Assembly: GCA_964417975.1 (NCBI GenBank)
Contig: CAYQJQ010000003.1
Location: 35,413-99,412 of the forward strand
Length of the DNA: 64,000 bases
Source: an uncultured Pseudomonadota bacterium
Lineage (GTDB): Bacteria > Babelota > Babeliae > Babelales > Vermiphilaceae
Direction of reading: 5' to 3'
Shown here: positions 26,310-35,975 of the stretch, piece by piece
How positions within the stretch are numbered: position 1 is the first letter of the stretch
How the letters are laid out: every line of letters begins with the position of its first letter
Notes under the pieces: model-generated
Seen by the model: the letters and a program-made list of their open reading frames with translations, nothing else
Database searches by the model: none
What the model was told of the DNA's origin: nothing
Made by a program: the position numbers and the translations under genes

Positions 26310-27446
26310 ATGCGTAAAACAGTAGATAACCGTACCGTATTAAAAAAAAGTGTATATGCCTTTGTAACTATCGTAATAGTACTTATTATCATTGGCATTA
26401 TTTTTATCTATTCATCAAGCTCTGTGTATGCACTTGAAAAACATCATGCCGCGCACTATTTTGTAAAAAAACAACTATGCGGACTGATAGCGGGATTAAT
26501 CGCTTTTTTATGTGGACGTTGTATACCCGCAACATTCTTTTACAAAACAGCCCCACTCATTTTTTTCACCGCACTAGGAATTACAACCCTCAGTGTTATA
26601 CCATATATTGGAGCGCACATTAATGGAGCAAATCGCTGGATCGCTATCAATGGTTTTTCGTTTCAACCAAGTGAACTCCTCAAAATAGGTTTCATACTCG
26701 GCTTAGCGTACTTTCTTGATAAACGTAAATCGTATAAATTGCCAACTACAGTCCGCTATGGTGCCTTGCTATGTCTTCTGATACTACCTGCGCTCATCTT
26801 ATTAGCACAACCAGATTTTGGTTATACGGTCATTCTATTGTCTACTGCACTCATTCTGTTTTTTATTGCACATATACCACTTAAAATATTGTTCTGTTCA
26901 TTGATGGCACTCATTCCCATAGCCATTGGCCTAATTATCCATAAACCATACCGGATTAAACGGGTACTTACCTTTTTAAACCCCTGGGATGATCCGCTCG
27001 GCAATGGCTTTCAGATTATACAATCATTTATTGCTATCGGGTCGGGAGGCATTTGGGGTGTTGGATTTGGCGCATCAAAGCAGAAATTTTTTTATCTTCC
27101 GATGCAACATACCGATTTCATCTTTGCTATCATAGCAGAAGAAACAGGCTTTATAGGCACCAGCTTTATCATTTTACTGTACCTACTGTTGCTTTTTAAT
27201 GGCTTACGTATATCCGCACATTTATCAACCCTTTTTAATACGACAGTAACGGCAGGCTTTACCATCTGGATAAGTATCCAAGCTATCATTAACCTAGCGG
27301 TCACCACTGGATTGGCCCCAACCAAAGGAGTAGGTCTACCATTTATTAGTTATGGAAACACTGCATTGGTCACTAACTTATTTATGGTCGGACTTATTAC
27401 TAATATTGTTAGTCATGAAAATCATTCTATTAACTCAGAACGGTAA
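26310..27446 (+). CDS. ftsW: SEDS-family peptidoglycan polymerase (FtsW/RodA); FtsW by context
   Basis: A polytopic membrane protein containing QPSELLK, PDFGYTVI, LPMQHTDFIFAIIAEETGFIG and LAPTKGVGLPFISYGNT. It lies directly after murD. Confidence 0.8.
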   Translation: MRKTVDNRTVLKKSVYAFVTIVIVLIIIGIIFIYSSSSVYALEKHHAAHYFVKKQLCGLIAGLIAFLCGRCIPATFFYKTAPLIFFTALGITTLSVIPYIGAHINGANRWIAINGFSFQPSELLKIGFILGLAYFLDKRKSYKLPTTVRYGALLCLLILPALILLAQPDFGYTVILLSTALILFFIAHIPLKILFCSLMALIPIAIGLIIHKPYRIKRVLTFLNPWDDPLGNGFQIIQSFIAIGSGGIWGVGFGASKQKFFYLPMQHTDFIFAIIAEETGFIGTSFIILLYLLLLFNGLRISAHLSTLFNTTVTAGFTIWISIQAIINLAVTTGLAPTKGVGLPFISYGNTALVTNLFMVGLITNIVSHENHSINSER

Positions 27447-27585
27447 AATGAATAATCGATACACGGTTATAACGTCACCTACTATTGCCTACAAAAAAAA
27501 TCATAGTACACTGTAAATCGCACGACTACAATCAGTGCACGTACATTAAATATCTTTCCTCCAGCAAGATAAGGTAATACCTATT

Positions 27586-28332
27586 ATGGCACACCAGACG
27601 TTAGGTTCGTTATCAGAGATGATTATTGATCCGTTATCAGACGGCGTCAGCTCATTAGAATTAACCCGCATATCGGGATCAGATATAGATATCGTCAATG
27701 CAGCACGCGTATCGTACGGGAAACGGGTCGATACCATTTCAGATAAAGACAAAGCGCTTATTATTTTTTTAATGCGCCACAACCACACAAGTCCATTTGA
27801 GCATAATCAACTATCATTCCGCGTTAAAGCACCATTATTGGTGGCCCGCCAATGGATGAGACACCGTATGAACTCATACAACGAAATTAGTTACCGCTAC
27901 GTACAGGCACCAGTAGAATTTTATATTCCACCAACTTGGCGTACACAAGATACGGTAAACAAACAATCTTCCGGGGCTGCTTTTTCAGATGAACAACTGA
28001 CGCAACAATATACTAAATTGGTACAGGAAGCATTCAATACATACGAAACACTTCTTGCTAACGGTGTTTGCCGAGAATTAGCACGGGGCGTTTTACCGTT
28101 ATGTACCTATACACAGTTTATTTTTACCTGTAATTTACACTCGCTCATGCATTTTTTAAAATTACGCTTATCACCTGGCGCACAATATGAAATCAGACAA
28201 TACGCCTATGGCATGCTGCAATTAGCGCGCATTCATTTCCCCATAGCCCTTGATGAATGGGCACGCATCAATAATATTAATGCACCCATTGCACCAGACA
28301 CCATGACGAGCACCATGCAAAAAATGGTATAA
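27586..28332 (+). CDS. thyX: flavin-dependent thymidylate synthase
   Basis: The ThyX signature RHR-x7-S-x-RY is present as WMRHRMNSYNEISYRY, with HTSPFEH upstream. Confidence 0.9.
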   Translation: MAHQTLGSLSEMIIDPLSDGVSSLELTRISGSDIDIVNAARVSYGKRVDTISDKDKALIIFLMRHNHTSPFEHNQLSFRVKAPLLVARQWMRHRMNSYNEISYRYVQAPVEFYIPPTWRTQDTVNKQSSGAAFSDEQLTQQYTKLVQEAFNTYETLLANGVCRELARGVLPLCTYTQFIFTCNLHSLMHFLKLRLSPGAQYEIRQYAYGMLQLARIHFPIALDEWARINNINAPIAPDTMTSTMQKMV

Positions 28333-28402
28333 TCATGTCATATATAGAGAGAAAACAACAACGATAAGTATTTTTCATTTGCTGAATAATAAGGAATATT
28401 AA

Positions 28403-29935
28403 ATGACACATTTGCACATCTCAACAGAATGCGCGGCGCATCATACCGCGCCCTGCTATATTTTTTTAACGTTTAATGATATACAGGAACATCTACCACA
28501 TGAACTTGAAAAGATGGCGCATGCATGGTATCCAGACCTACGGACATTATTGAAAGCAGAATCATTTACCGGCAATGCAGGACAAAAAATTGTTATCCCT
28601 GTAATCAAAAATAATAGTCTCATCAACCTTATTATTGTTGGGGTTGGCAGTAAAAACCAATCACCACAAGAATTCATAGAAAGGTATAGACGCGCAGTCG
28701 GCGCCGCAGTCCGACAGGTCCAAAAACTGAAAGCAACGTCAGCCGTTATTTCTCAAATTTCCTATAACAATGTACTTGACTCATATCTATTAGAACAGGC
28801 AATTATCACCAGTATGATTGCCTCATACACCTTTGATGAATTCATCACCAAGCAAGAGCGCAAAAACACACCGCTTGACACGCTTACCTTAGTTGTGAAA
28901 TCTGACACCAATTTACGCGACGCGGAACACCACGCATACCGCGCACGCATCATAGGTTCAGCGGTCAACCGTGCGCGCACAATGATCAACCTACCACCCA
29001 GCACAGTAACACCAACCTATCTAGCAAAACAGGCACAAAAAATTGCAACTGAACATGCACTTACTGCTACTATTTTTAATGAAAAACAAGTCATAGAAAT
29101 GGGAATGGGGGGACTTGCAGGCGTATCACGTGGATCAGATGAAGAATGTGCCTTTATAATCCTTGAATACAAAACTGACAAACCACATGCGCCTACTTTA
29201 GCACTCGTTGGTAAAGGAATTACCTTCGATTCAGGCGGCTTGAGCATTAAACCAGCAAACAGCATGGAAGAAATGAAAAATGATATGGCAGGAGCAGCTG
29301 CAGTCATTAGTACATTAGCGGCATTAGCAGAGCTAAAACCCGATATAAACGTTATTGGTATTGCACCAGCCTCAGAAAATTTATTGGGCGGAAAAGCAAC
29401 AAAACCGGGAGACATACTCCGTTTTTATAACGGCAAAACAGCAGAAGTACGCAACACCGATGCTGAAGGACGTCTAATTTTAGCAGACGCCCTTTCTTAT
29501 GCCGTGAAACACTACAAACCAGATGCCATTATCGACATTGCTACCCTCACGGGTGCTTGTTCCTATGCACTTGGCCCGTTTAACAGTGGATTGATGAGCA
29601 GACACAATGAACTAGTTGAACGCATTCAGAAAGCAGCAATACGCGCTGGCGACCCCGTATGGCGTTTACCAATGAGTGATGATTACAAAGAGGCCATAAA
29701 ATCACCGGTTGCAGACATATGCAACATTGGCAGTAAAACGATTATGGCTGGCGCAACAACCGCAGCTCATTTCCTTGAAGAGTTTGTCGAAAATACCCCA
29801 TGGGCACATCTTGATATCGCTGGTACTGCATACAATGTCCCCAATATTCCCTATTATCAATTGGGTGCCACTGGCGTGGGCGTACGACTCATGATTGAAA
29901 TCGCCTTGTCATGGCAATCGGAATCGGCAGCGTAA
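28403..29935 (+). CDS. pepA: leucyl aminopeptidase (M17 family)
   Basis: VGKGITFDSGGLSIKP and the M17 signature NTDAEGRLILAD are present; 510 aa. Confidence 0.9.
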   Translation: MTHLHISTECAAHHTAPCYIFLTFNDIQEHLPHELEKMAHAWYPDLRTLLKAESFTGNAGQKIVIPVIKNNSLINLIIVGVGSKNQSPQEFIERYRRAVGAAVRQVQKLKATSAVISQISYNNVLDSYLLEQAIITSMIASYTFDEFITKQERKNTPLDTLTLVVKSDTNLRDAEHHAYRARIIGSAVNRARTMINLPPSTVTPTYLAKQAQKIATEHALTATIFNEKQVIEMGMGGLAGVSRGSDEECAFIILEYKTDKPHAPTLALVGKGITFDSGGLSIKPANSMEEMKNDMAGAAAVISTLAALAELKPDINVIGIAPASENLLGGKATKPGDILRFYNGKTAEVRNTDAEGRLILADALSYAVKHYKPDAIIDIATLTGACSYALGPFNSGLMSRHNELVERIQKAAIRAGDPVWRLPMSDDYKEAIKSPVADICNIGSKTIMAGATTAAHFLEEFVENTPWAHLDIAGTAYNVPNIPYYQLGATGVGVRLMIEIALSWQSESAA

Positions 29936-29954
29936 TACAATAACTAACTAACCG

Positions 29955-29984
29955 ACTACCAGCATACTAAATGGTATGCTGGTA
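29955..29984. terminator. 12-bp hairpin between convergent genes (no clear U-tract)
   Basis: ctaccagcatac (29955-29966) / gtatgctggtag (29973-29984), loop taaatg. It lies between the pepA stop and the stop of the minus-strand gene at 30005. Confidence 0.5.
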
Positions 29985-30004
29985 GATCACATCATCATCA
30001 ACTA

Positions 30005-30655
30005 CTACCAATAACTACCACCACCAATTCCTGGACCACATTTTCCGCCTCGGTATCCTCTGGTATATGGATAGTTCCAATAAAACCAGGGGTCAAGCTG
30101 ATCACACTTTAAATTATTTTGCGCCCATGAATCTTTACTAGTCGACGCATCATTACGCGGATATGTCTTTTCATACGTCACCCGTGTAATACGATCTTTC
30201 AAATTACGGTTCATAAACTTCTTCATAGTCTCATACGATAACGGAGAGGTTAAAATCGCGCGCTCTGGCTTTGATTTTTTGACATCATTTTTAATGATAC
30301 TTCCATCCTGAAATAACAGGAGAGCAGGGATTGAATCACCAAGTTCTAAATAATCGACCACATAACGTAACGAAGGAATTTCACCAACATCGGCAACAAT
30401 AAAAAAAACCTTCCCTGAATAAAGTTTGTGCACTCTTTTAAAATCTTCTACTAGTGATTGAGCCGTTGCTCTATCTTTATAAAAAAGAACCGCCACGAAT
30501 TCATGCTGTTCAACGGTACTTTCAAAACGTGCTATTACCTGATCTCGTGGCTCATTCCACTCAGCGCTACTCCCAATAACATCAGGGGCGAGTAAAAAAA
30601 ACAGGCCCGGGATAACAATACCCGATACTGCATATACATATAATCTCATTATCAA
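30005..30655 (-). CDS. secreted thioredoxin-fold-like protein without a CxxC motif, with an aromatic/Gly-rich tail
   Basis: It has a signal peptide. FVAVLFYKDRATAQSLVEDFKRV...GKVFFIVADVGE...ALLLFQDGSII follows the thioredoxin/PDI b-domain beta-alpha-beta pattern but has no active-site cysteines. The tail is WFYWNYPYTRGYRGGKCGPGIGGGSYW. Confidence 0.4.
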   Translation of the reverse strand: MIMRLYVYAVSGIVIPGLFFLLAPDVIGSSAEWNEPRDQVIARFESTVEQHEFVAVLFYKDRATAQSLVEDFKRVHKLYSGKVFFIVADVGEIPSLRYVVDYLELGDSIPALLLFQDGSIIKNDVKKSKPERAILTSPLSYETMKKFMNRNLKDRITRVTYEKTYPRNDASTSKDSWAQNNLKCDQLDPWFYWNYPYTRGYRGGKCGPGIGGGSYW

Positions 30656-30669
30656 TCTCCCTTTTTTGG

Positions 30670-31704
30670 TTAATTTTTTATATTCATAATTGTAACGCCA
30701 TTTCCATCAGACAAAATTTTACTTTCGCGAATCAGTGCCTTATTTAAAATTGCATCCAAAAATAGGCGAATATTATTGGAATAGGCAACAGGACAGTAAA
30801 ATATGGAATCAAAATGCCCTCTCCCGTTCGTAATCCATAGCCATTTAACTGAGCTTCCTGCCGAATCATACAGCTCTTTAATAGCAGATACAGGGATATG
30901 TTGATCATTTTTACAATGAATCAAAAAACAGGGTACGGAGATTTTTTTTATCGCTTCAATAGAATCAACTGGCATAATATTAGTTTCAATATTTTTTGTA
31001 TCTAATGTACTAATTGGTTTAAAGGCGTATTTAACAAGCATTTGGACATAAGGATGAAAAACATATTCTTCAAGATAGCTGATTCCGGGAACTTCAAACT
31101 CATAACCTAGCATGCCAATTTTAAATTTCTTTAACCCCTTTTTCATGAGTTTTTCGCTTGAATCAAAAGGACAGTCAAGGATCATAGCAGCAAAAAGGTC
31201 GCCTGCGCGGGCCTGCGCCTGCAATGCAGCAACAGCCCCCATAGAAAATCCATACAAAAAAATAGGCTGATTCAGAAGATCAGGATGGGATTTTAAAAAT
31301 TGTGCAGCAGCCATAACATCATAGGCTTCATACCGACCAAAGGTACAACATTGTCCATCGACCTCATCACCATGCGCCCTAAAATCGAATGCCATAACGT
31401 TATATTTACTATGCGGGAATATGTAATGCAAAGAACCTGCATAATATTTATCACACATGAATCCGTGAGAGATTAAAATAGTTGCCTGCGCCTCAGGGTG
31501 TTTAATGAGGATTCCATGCCGTTTAATGCGCGCCTGTTCTTGATCATCTTTAAAAGGATAGATCTCTATGCGCTCTTGCACAGTCCCTTCTTGATCAACG
31601 GCCTCCGTAGCTATCACCCTACCCCATTCATGCGCCGCAGAACACATCAGCGTGCAATGCGCCAAAACACCAAGTATCAGCACCTGTACCAATATGCGTA
31701 CCAT
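30670..31704 (-). CDS. secreted alpha/beta-fold hydrolase
   Basis: It has a signal peptide, HGFMCDK (an HG motif), the nucleophile elbow GFSMG, and later D and H candidates (HCKNDQHIP, GRGHFD). Confidence 0.7.
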   Translation of the reverse strand: MVRILVQVLILGVLAHCTLMCSAAHEWGRVIATEAVDQEGTVQERIEIYPFKDDQEQARIKRHGILIKHPEAQATILISHGFMCDKYYAGSLHYIFPHSKYNVMAFDFRAHGDEVDGQCCTFGRYEAYDVMAAAQFLKSHPDLLNQPIFLYGFSMGAVAALQAQARAGDLFAAMILDCPFDSSEKLMKKGLKKFKIGMLGYEFEVPGISYLEEYVFHPYVQMLVKYAFKPISTLDTKNIETNIMPVDSIEAIKKISVPCFLIHCKNDQHIPVSAIKELYDSAGSSVKWLWITNGRGHFDSIFYCPVAYSNNIRLFLDAILNKALIRESKILSDGNGVTIMNIKN

Positions 31705-31966
31705 GATACCAACCCCATTCGCAACTTTTATAACCCCTTTAAAATTCCCTATTCAAGTAAAACCAAGCTGCTTATTTCATTAATTTAAAAATACTATATT
31801 ACTACAAGATGTATCAATGGTTTATATTTTTAATAATAAAGACCGCACCAATAAAGCTAATCAAGGCGAAGATATCGTAAAAAACTATTAAAAATGATGA
31901 TTCGTGACAATAAGCAAAAGTTACCGTACACTAAAACTGATATAAAACCTTAAAAAATAGACCACT

Positions 31967-33613
31967 ATGAACATAATAGAACAGATACAAAAAAATTTCT
32001 TAGAGTTCCTCATAAACCACTATAAGCTTGAAGAATCGGCAATAATAACAGCAAAGCCACTCATTAATACCGATCCTCAACGACAAAATTTTGGCGACCT
32101 TAACTCGAATGCCCCTATGGTATTGGCAAAAATCCTCAAAAAAGCACCATTCACGATTGGGCAAGCAATCATAGAACAATTCAAACACCCAGCTATAGCA
32201 CAATTACAGCTTGCTGGTGCCGGATTTATTAATTTTTACCTGACTCAAGAGACAATAAATAGCCTTGCTCATGAGGCATTAGTCGATGGCGAACAATTTT
32301 TTGCCCCACCCCTAGCGCACCCTGAACGAATATGTTTGGAATTTGTGAGCGCAAATCCTACCGGCCCCCTACATTTTGGGCACGGCCGAGGAGGAATTAT
32401 AGGGGATGTGTTGGGTAACGTTCTCCGTTTTTTAGGACATACAGTCCATAAAGAATTTTATATCAATGACGCAGGAAATCAGATAAAAAATTTGGGACTT
32501 TCTCTCAAAATTAGGTGTCAACAACAGTATGGACAATCGGTTGCTATTCCAGAAAATGGCTACCATGGTGAGTATTTGGTAGAATTAGCCAAAGAATATT
32601 GTACCCAGTATGGTCAACGCGGACTTGAACAACCAGATGATTTCTTTGCATCCTATGCTCAAAGAGCATTAAGAGCTACCATAGAACAAACATTAGCAAA
32701 CTATGGCATACACTTTGATACCTGGTTTTCTGAAACCTCATTACACACCAGTGGCGCTATTGAGCAAGCACTGACAAGGCTCAAAACCAAAGGATACCTG
32801 TTTGAAGAGGAAGGTGCGTGGTGGCTTAAGTCAACCCTCTTTGGGGATGACAAAGATCGCGTCGTTAAAAAAGCATCCGGCGAACTCACGTACGTTGCGG
32901 CAGATATCGCTTACATGCTCAACAAACATCAACGCGGATATAATCGCTTGATTATGGTCCTTGGCCATGACCATCATAGCTATGCTACTCGGATGCACAG
33001 TGTCCGTCAAGCACTCGGCATTGATAGCGAACTTGATATAATTCTCTACCAGTTGGTTAAAATTAAGGAAGGTGATCAGCAGCTTAAGTTATCTAAAAGA
33101 GCAGGCCGAATCGTCAGTCTACAGGACGTCATTGATTGCGTAGGTACCGATGTAGCACGATTTTTCTATTTAAATCGCAACGCCGATTCTCAACTCGATT
33201 TTGATATGACCCTTGCTCTCACCAAATCAGAGGAAAATCCCGTATTTTATATTCAATATGCCTACGTTAGAACAGGAAGTATTTTACAAAAAGCTGCCAG
33301 CACCATGGACCTTGCCAACAGCACCCCAGATGATGCGTATCAAATGAGCAGCTATGAAACGCTCCTCATTAAAAAAATTGTGTTTTTAAAGTATCTTCTG
33401 GCATCAATCGGCGCTACGCATCAAACCTATCAACTTGCTGGCTATACCCATGAACTTGCCCAGCTATTTAGTACCTACTACGGACAACATAAAATTATTA
33501 ATCCTGAAGAAATTGCTATTAGCAAAGGAAGACTTGCCCTGGTGAAATTAATCCGCAATACGCTCAGTACCGCATGTTCACTGCTCGGCATAAGCCTACC
33601 AGATAAAATGTAA
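31967..33613 (+). CDS. argS: arginyl-tRNA synthetase
   Basis: SANPTGPLHFGHGRGG (HIGH), an ArgRS N-terminal domain, a DALR anticodon-binding region and a terminal Met, as is typical for ArgRS. Confidence 0.95.
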   Translation: MNIIEQIQKNFLEFLINHYKLEESAIITAKPLINTDPQRQNFGDLNSNAPMVLAKILKKAPFTIGQAIIEQFKHPAIAQLQLAGAGFINFYLTQETINSLAHEALVDGEQFFAPPLAHPERICLEFVSANPTGPLHFGHGRGGIIGDVLGNVLRFLGHTVHKEFYINDAGNQIKNLGLSLKIRCQQQYGQSVAIPENGYHGEYLVELAKEYCTQYGQRGLEQPDDFFASYAQRALRATIEQTLANYGIHFDTWFSETSLHTSGAIEQALTRLKTKGYLFEEEGAWWLKSTLFGDDKDRVVKKASGELTYVAADIAYMLNKHQRGYNRLIMVLGHDHHSYATRMHSVRQALGIDSELDIILYQLVKIKEGDQQLKLSKRAGRIVSLQDVIDCVGTDVARFFYLNRNADSQLDFDMTLALTKSEENPVFYIQYAYVRTGSILQKAASTMDLANSTPDDAYQMSSYETLLIKKIVFLKYLLASIGATHQTYQLAGYTHELAQLFSTYYGQHKIINPEEIAISKGRLALVKLIRNTLSTACSLLGISLPDKM

Positions 33614-33744
33614 CCATTTCTCACTGAAGCTAAAAAGTGAGTACAGCCAGAGACAGCATATTGATAAAAATACCATTTGTGGCAAAATAGAACTGTATAT
33701 GACATTGTAGTATAACTTTACCATTTCTGAGGATTGGAAAACAG

Positions 33745-34338
33745 ATGACCATTGGAAAAAATGCTTTAATTGAATTACGAGAACGTACTGGTCTTGGCAT
33801 GATGGATTGCCGAAAAGCTCTTGAAGAAACAGGCAACGATATTGAAGCGGCTATCGAACTTTTGAGGAAAAAAGGTGCCGCAGTCGCCGTTAAAAGATCT
33901 GGCAAAGAAACCTCCCAAGGCGTTGTCCAATCCTATATCCATGCCGGCAGCAAACTTGGAGTATTGGTAGAAATAAATTGCGAAACGGATTTTGTTGCTC
34001 GGACACAAGATATGACAACGTTTGCCCACGACCTTTGCATGCACATCGCTGCATCAAAACCGCTTTTTGTATCCCCTGATGAAGTTGACCAAGCAACTAT
34101 TGCGCGCGAAAAAGAGATTGCACGCGCTCAACTGGCAGGATCAGGTAAACCAGAAAAAATCATCGAAACGATTATTGAAGGTAAAATCAATGCATGGTAT
34201 AAAGAAGTATGCTTACTTCAGCAACCATTTGTCAAAGATGATAAATTTACCGTAGCGCAACTCGTCGAACAACTGATTGCTAAAACGGGCGAAAATATCA
34301 AAATAAGACGTTTTGCTCGCTTTGAAATCGGCTTATAA
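33745..34338 (+). CDS. tsf: elongation factor Ts (short form)
   Basis: The UBA-like N-terminus is LRERTGLGMMDCRKALEETGNDIEAAIELLRKKG. The tsf-pyrH-frr order is conserved. An SD (gagga) is present. Confidence 0.9.
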   Translation: MTIGKNALIELRERTGLGMMDCRKALEETGNDIEAAIELLRKKGAAVAVKRSGKETSQGVVQSYIHAGSKLGVLVEINCETDFVARTQDMTTFAHDLCMHIAASKPLFVSPDEVDQATIAREKEIARAQLAGSGKPEKIIETIIEGKINAWYKEVCLLQQPFVKDDKFTVAQLVEQLIAKTGENIKIRRFARFEIGL

Positions 34339-34361
34339 TTGCAATAGTCAGAGGATACCGT

Positions 34362-35093
34362 ATGGCAAAATCGGATAAAAATCGAACACAGATTGTCATT
34401 AAGTTATCGGGAGAATTTCTCATCGATAAAAATACCGGCATCCTCTCTCTTTCATCACTTAAAGAACTCGCGTTGCAAATAATTGAGCTCAGCCAACAAT
34501 ACCAGTTTTCTTTCGTTATGGGTGGCGGTAATTTTTGGCGTGGTTCCATTATGACCCAAGCTACAGGCATACGCTCACAAGCGTCGCATGAAATTGGCAT
34601 GTACGCTACATACATGAACGGCATGATCCTTCAAGATACATTTGAACAGATGGGTATAGACACCGCATTACTTACTGCTGGATCAGCCAGCGGCGTTGGC
34701 GACGGACCAATAAATCAGCGGACTATACATCGAGCACTCACGGAAGGTAAAACGATATTATGTGCTGGAGGAACGGGAAATCCATATTTCACCACCGATA
34801 CAGCCGCAGTAATCCGTGCATGTCAACTCGGGGCACAACAGGTCTGGAAACTTACCACGATTGATGGAATTTATTCGCAAGATCCTAAAAAAGATCCTCA
34901 TGCTCAGCTATTGAAAACCGTTTCTTATACAGAAGCATTAGAAAAAAAATATGGTATAATGGACCAAACAGCATATAGTATTGCAGAGCAAAATAAATTA
35001 ATTATTCGTATTGTATATATGTATCATCCTCAAGTACTACTAAAACTCGCTACCGATAAATATTTTGGTAGTATTATTGGGGCTTATGATTAA
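34362..35093 (+). CDS. pyrH: UMP kinase
   Basis: VIKLSGEFL, GGGNFWRG and the GTGNPYFTTDTAA motifs are present. Confidence 0.9.
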   Translation: MAKSDKNRTQIVIKLSGEFLIDKNTGILSLSSLKELALQIIELSQQYQFSFVMGGGNFWRGSIMTQATGIRSQASHEIGMYATYMNGMILQDTFEQMGIDTALLTAGSASGVGDGPINQRTIHRALTEGKTILCAGGTGNPYFTTDTAAVIRACQLGAQQVWKLTTIDGIYSQDPKKDPHAQLLKTVSYTEALEKKYGIMDQTAYSIAEQNKLIIRIVYMYHPQVLLKLATDKYFGSIIGAYD

Positions 35094-35116
35094 ACAATAA
35101 TTGAGGTACTCATTGT

Positions 35117-35725
35117 ATGACTACTCACAAACACACGGTAACAGGAATATCCCTCGTTGAAAATGACATTAAAAGTTTCCAAACTCCTATGGAACAGGAA
35201 GTCGGTAAGTGCGTCAAGCATTTTGAATCTGAATTAATTAAAATACGCACCGGAAGAGCTCATACTTCACTGGTGGAAGGCATCATGGTTTCCATCTATG
35301 GACGCCCGGCACTTTCGTTAAAAAGCCTTGCGTCACTTGCAGCGCCAGATGCGCGCCTTATTACGATACAACCATGGGATACGGCAACTATCCCTGATAT
35401 CGAAAAAGCAATTCAGCAATCAGAAATTGGCATTGTACCAACCAATGACGGCAAAATAATTCGTTTACAACTCCCTATTATGAGTTCACAACGCCGAGAT
35501 GAACTGGTAAAATTATTGCACAAACGAGCAGAAGAATCTAAAGTTGCCATACGCAACGTCCGTAAAGAGTATAATAATCTTATTAGAACCGCAAAAGCAG
35601 ACAAAAAAATATCTGAAAATTTCTATAATCGTTTGGTAGACGTGTTACAACAAGTAACCGACAAGTTTGTTGGCCAAATTGAACAGATGACAAAAAACAA
35701 AGAACAGGAACTTACTTCAATTTAG
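35117..35725 (+). CDS. frr: ribosome recycling factor
   Basis: IKIRTGRAHTSLVEGIMVSIYG and IRNVRKE motifs are present. The N-terminus is about 12 aa longer than in E. coli Frr, so the start is uncertain. Confidence 0.9.
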   Translation: MTTHKHTVTGISLVENDIKSFQTPMEQEVGKCVKHFESELIKIRTGRAHTSLVEGIMVSIYGRPALSLKSLASLAAPDARLITIQPWDTATIPDIEKAIQQSEIGIVPTNDGKIIRLQLPIMSSQRRDELVKLLHKRAEESKVAIRNVRKEYNNLIRTAKADKKISENFYNRLVDVLQQVTDKFVGQIEQMTKNKEQELTSI

Positions 35726-35786
35726 ATTATTTTCCTTTATTTTCCTTGAACTCTCTGGTACAATTTCCTCAGTTATATAACTGTAT

Positions 35787-35862
35787 GGGCTGCTAGCTCA
35801 ATTGGTAGAGCAACGGACTCTTAATCTGTAGGTTATTGGTTCGATTCCAATGCAGCCCACCA
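35787..35862 (+). tRNA. tRNA-Lys (anticodon CUU), CCA encoded
   Basis: A manual cloverleaf gives acceptor GGGCTGC/GCAGCCC, D-arm GCTC..GAGC, anticodon stem ACGGA/TCTGT with loop CTCTTAA, and T-arm ATTGG TTCGATT CCAAT, with discriminator A plus CCA. Confidence 0.9.
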
Positions 35863-35873
35863 GGGTATTGCAT

Positions 35874-35961
35874 GCAAGAGTGGCGAAATTGGTAGACGCG
35901 CTGGACTTAGGATCCAGTTCCCGATGAGGGAGTGGGGGTTCAAATCCCTTCTCTTGCACCA
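35874..35961 (+). tRNA. tRNA-Leu (anticodon UAG), long variable arm, CCA encoded
   Basis: Acceptor GCAAGAG/CTCTTGC, anticodon stem CTGGA/TCCAG with loop CTTAGGA, a long variable arm (TTCCCGATGAGGGAGT) and T-loop TTCAAAT. Confidence 0.9.
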
Positions 35962-35975
35962 TAAAAAGGAGAGCA

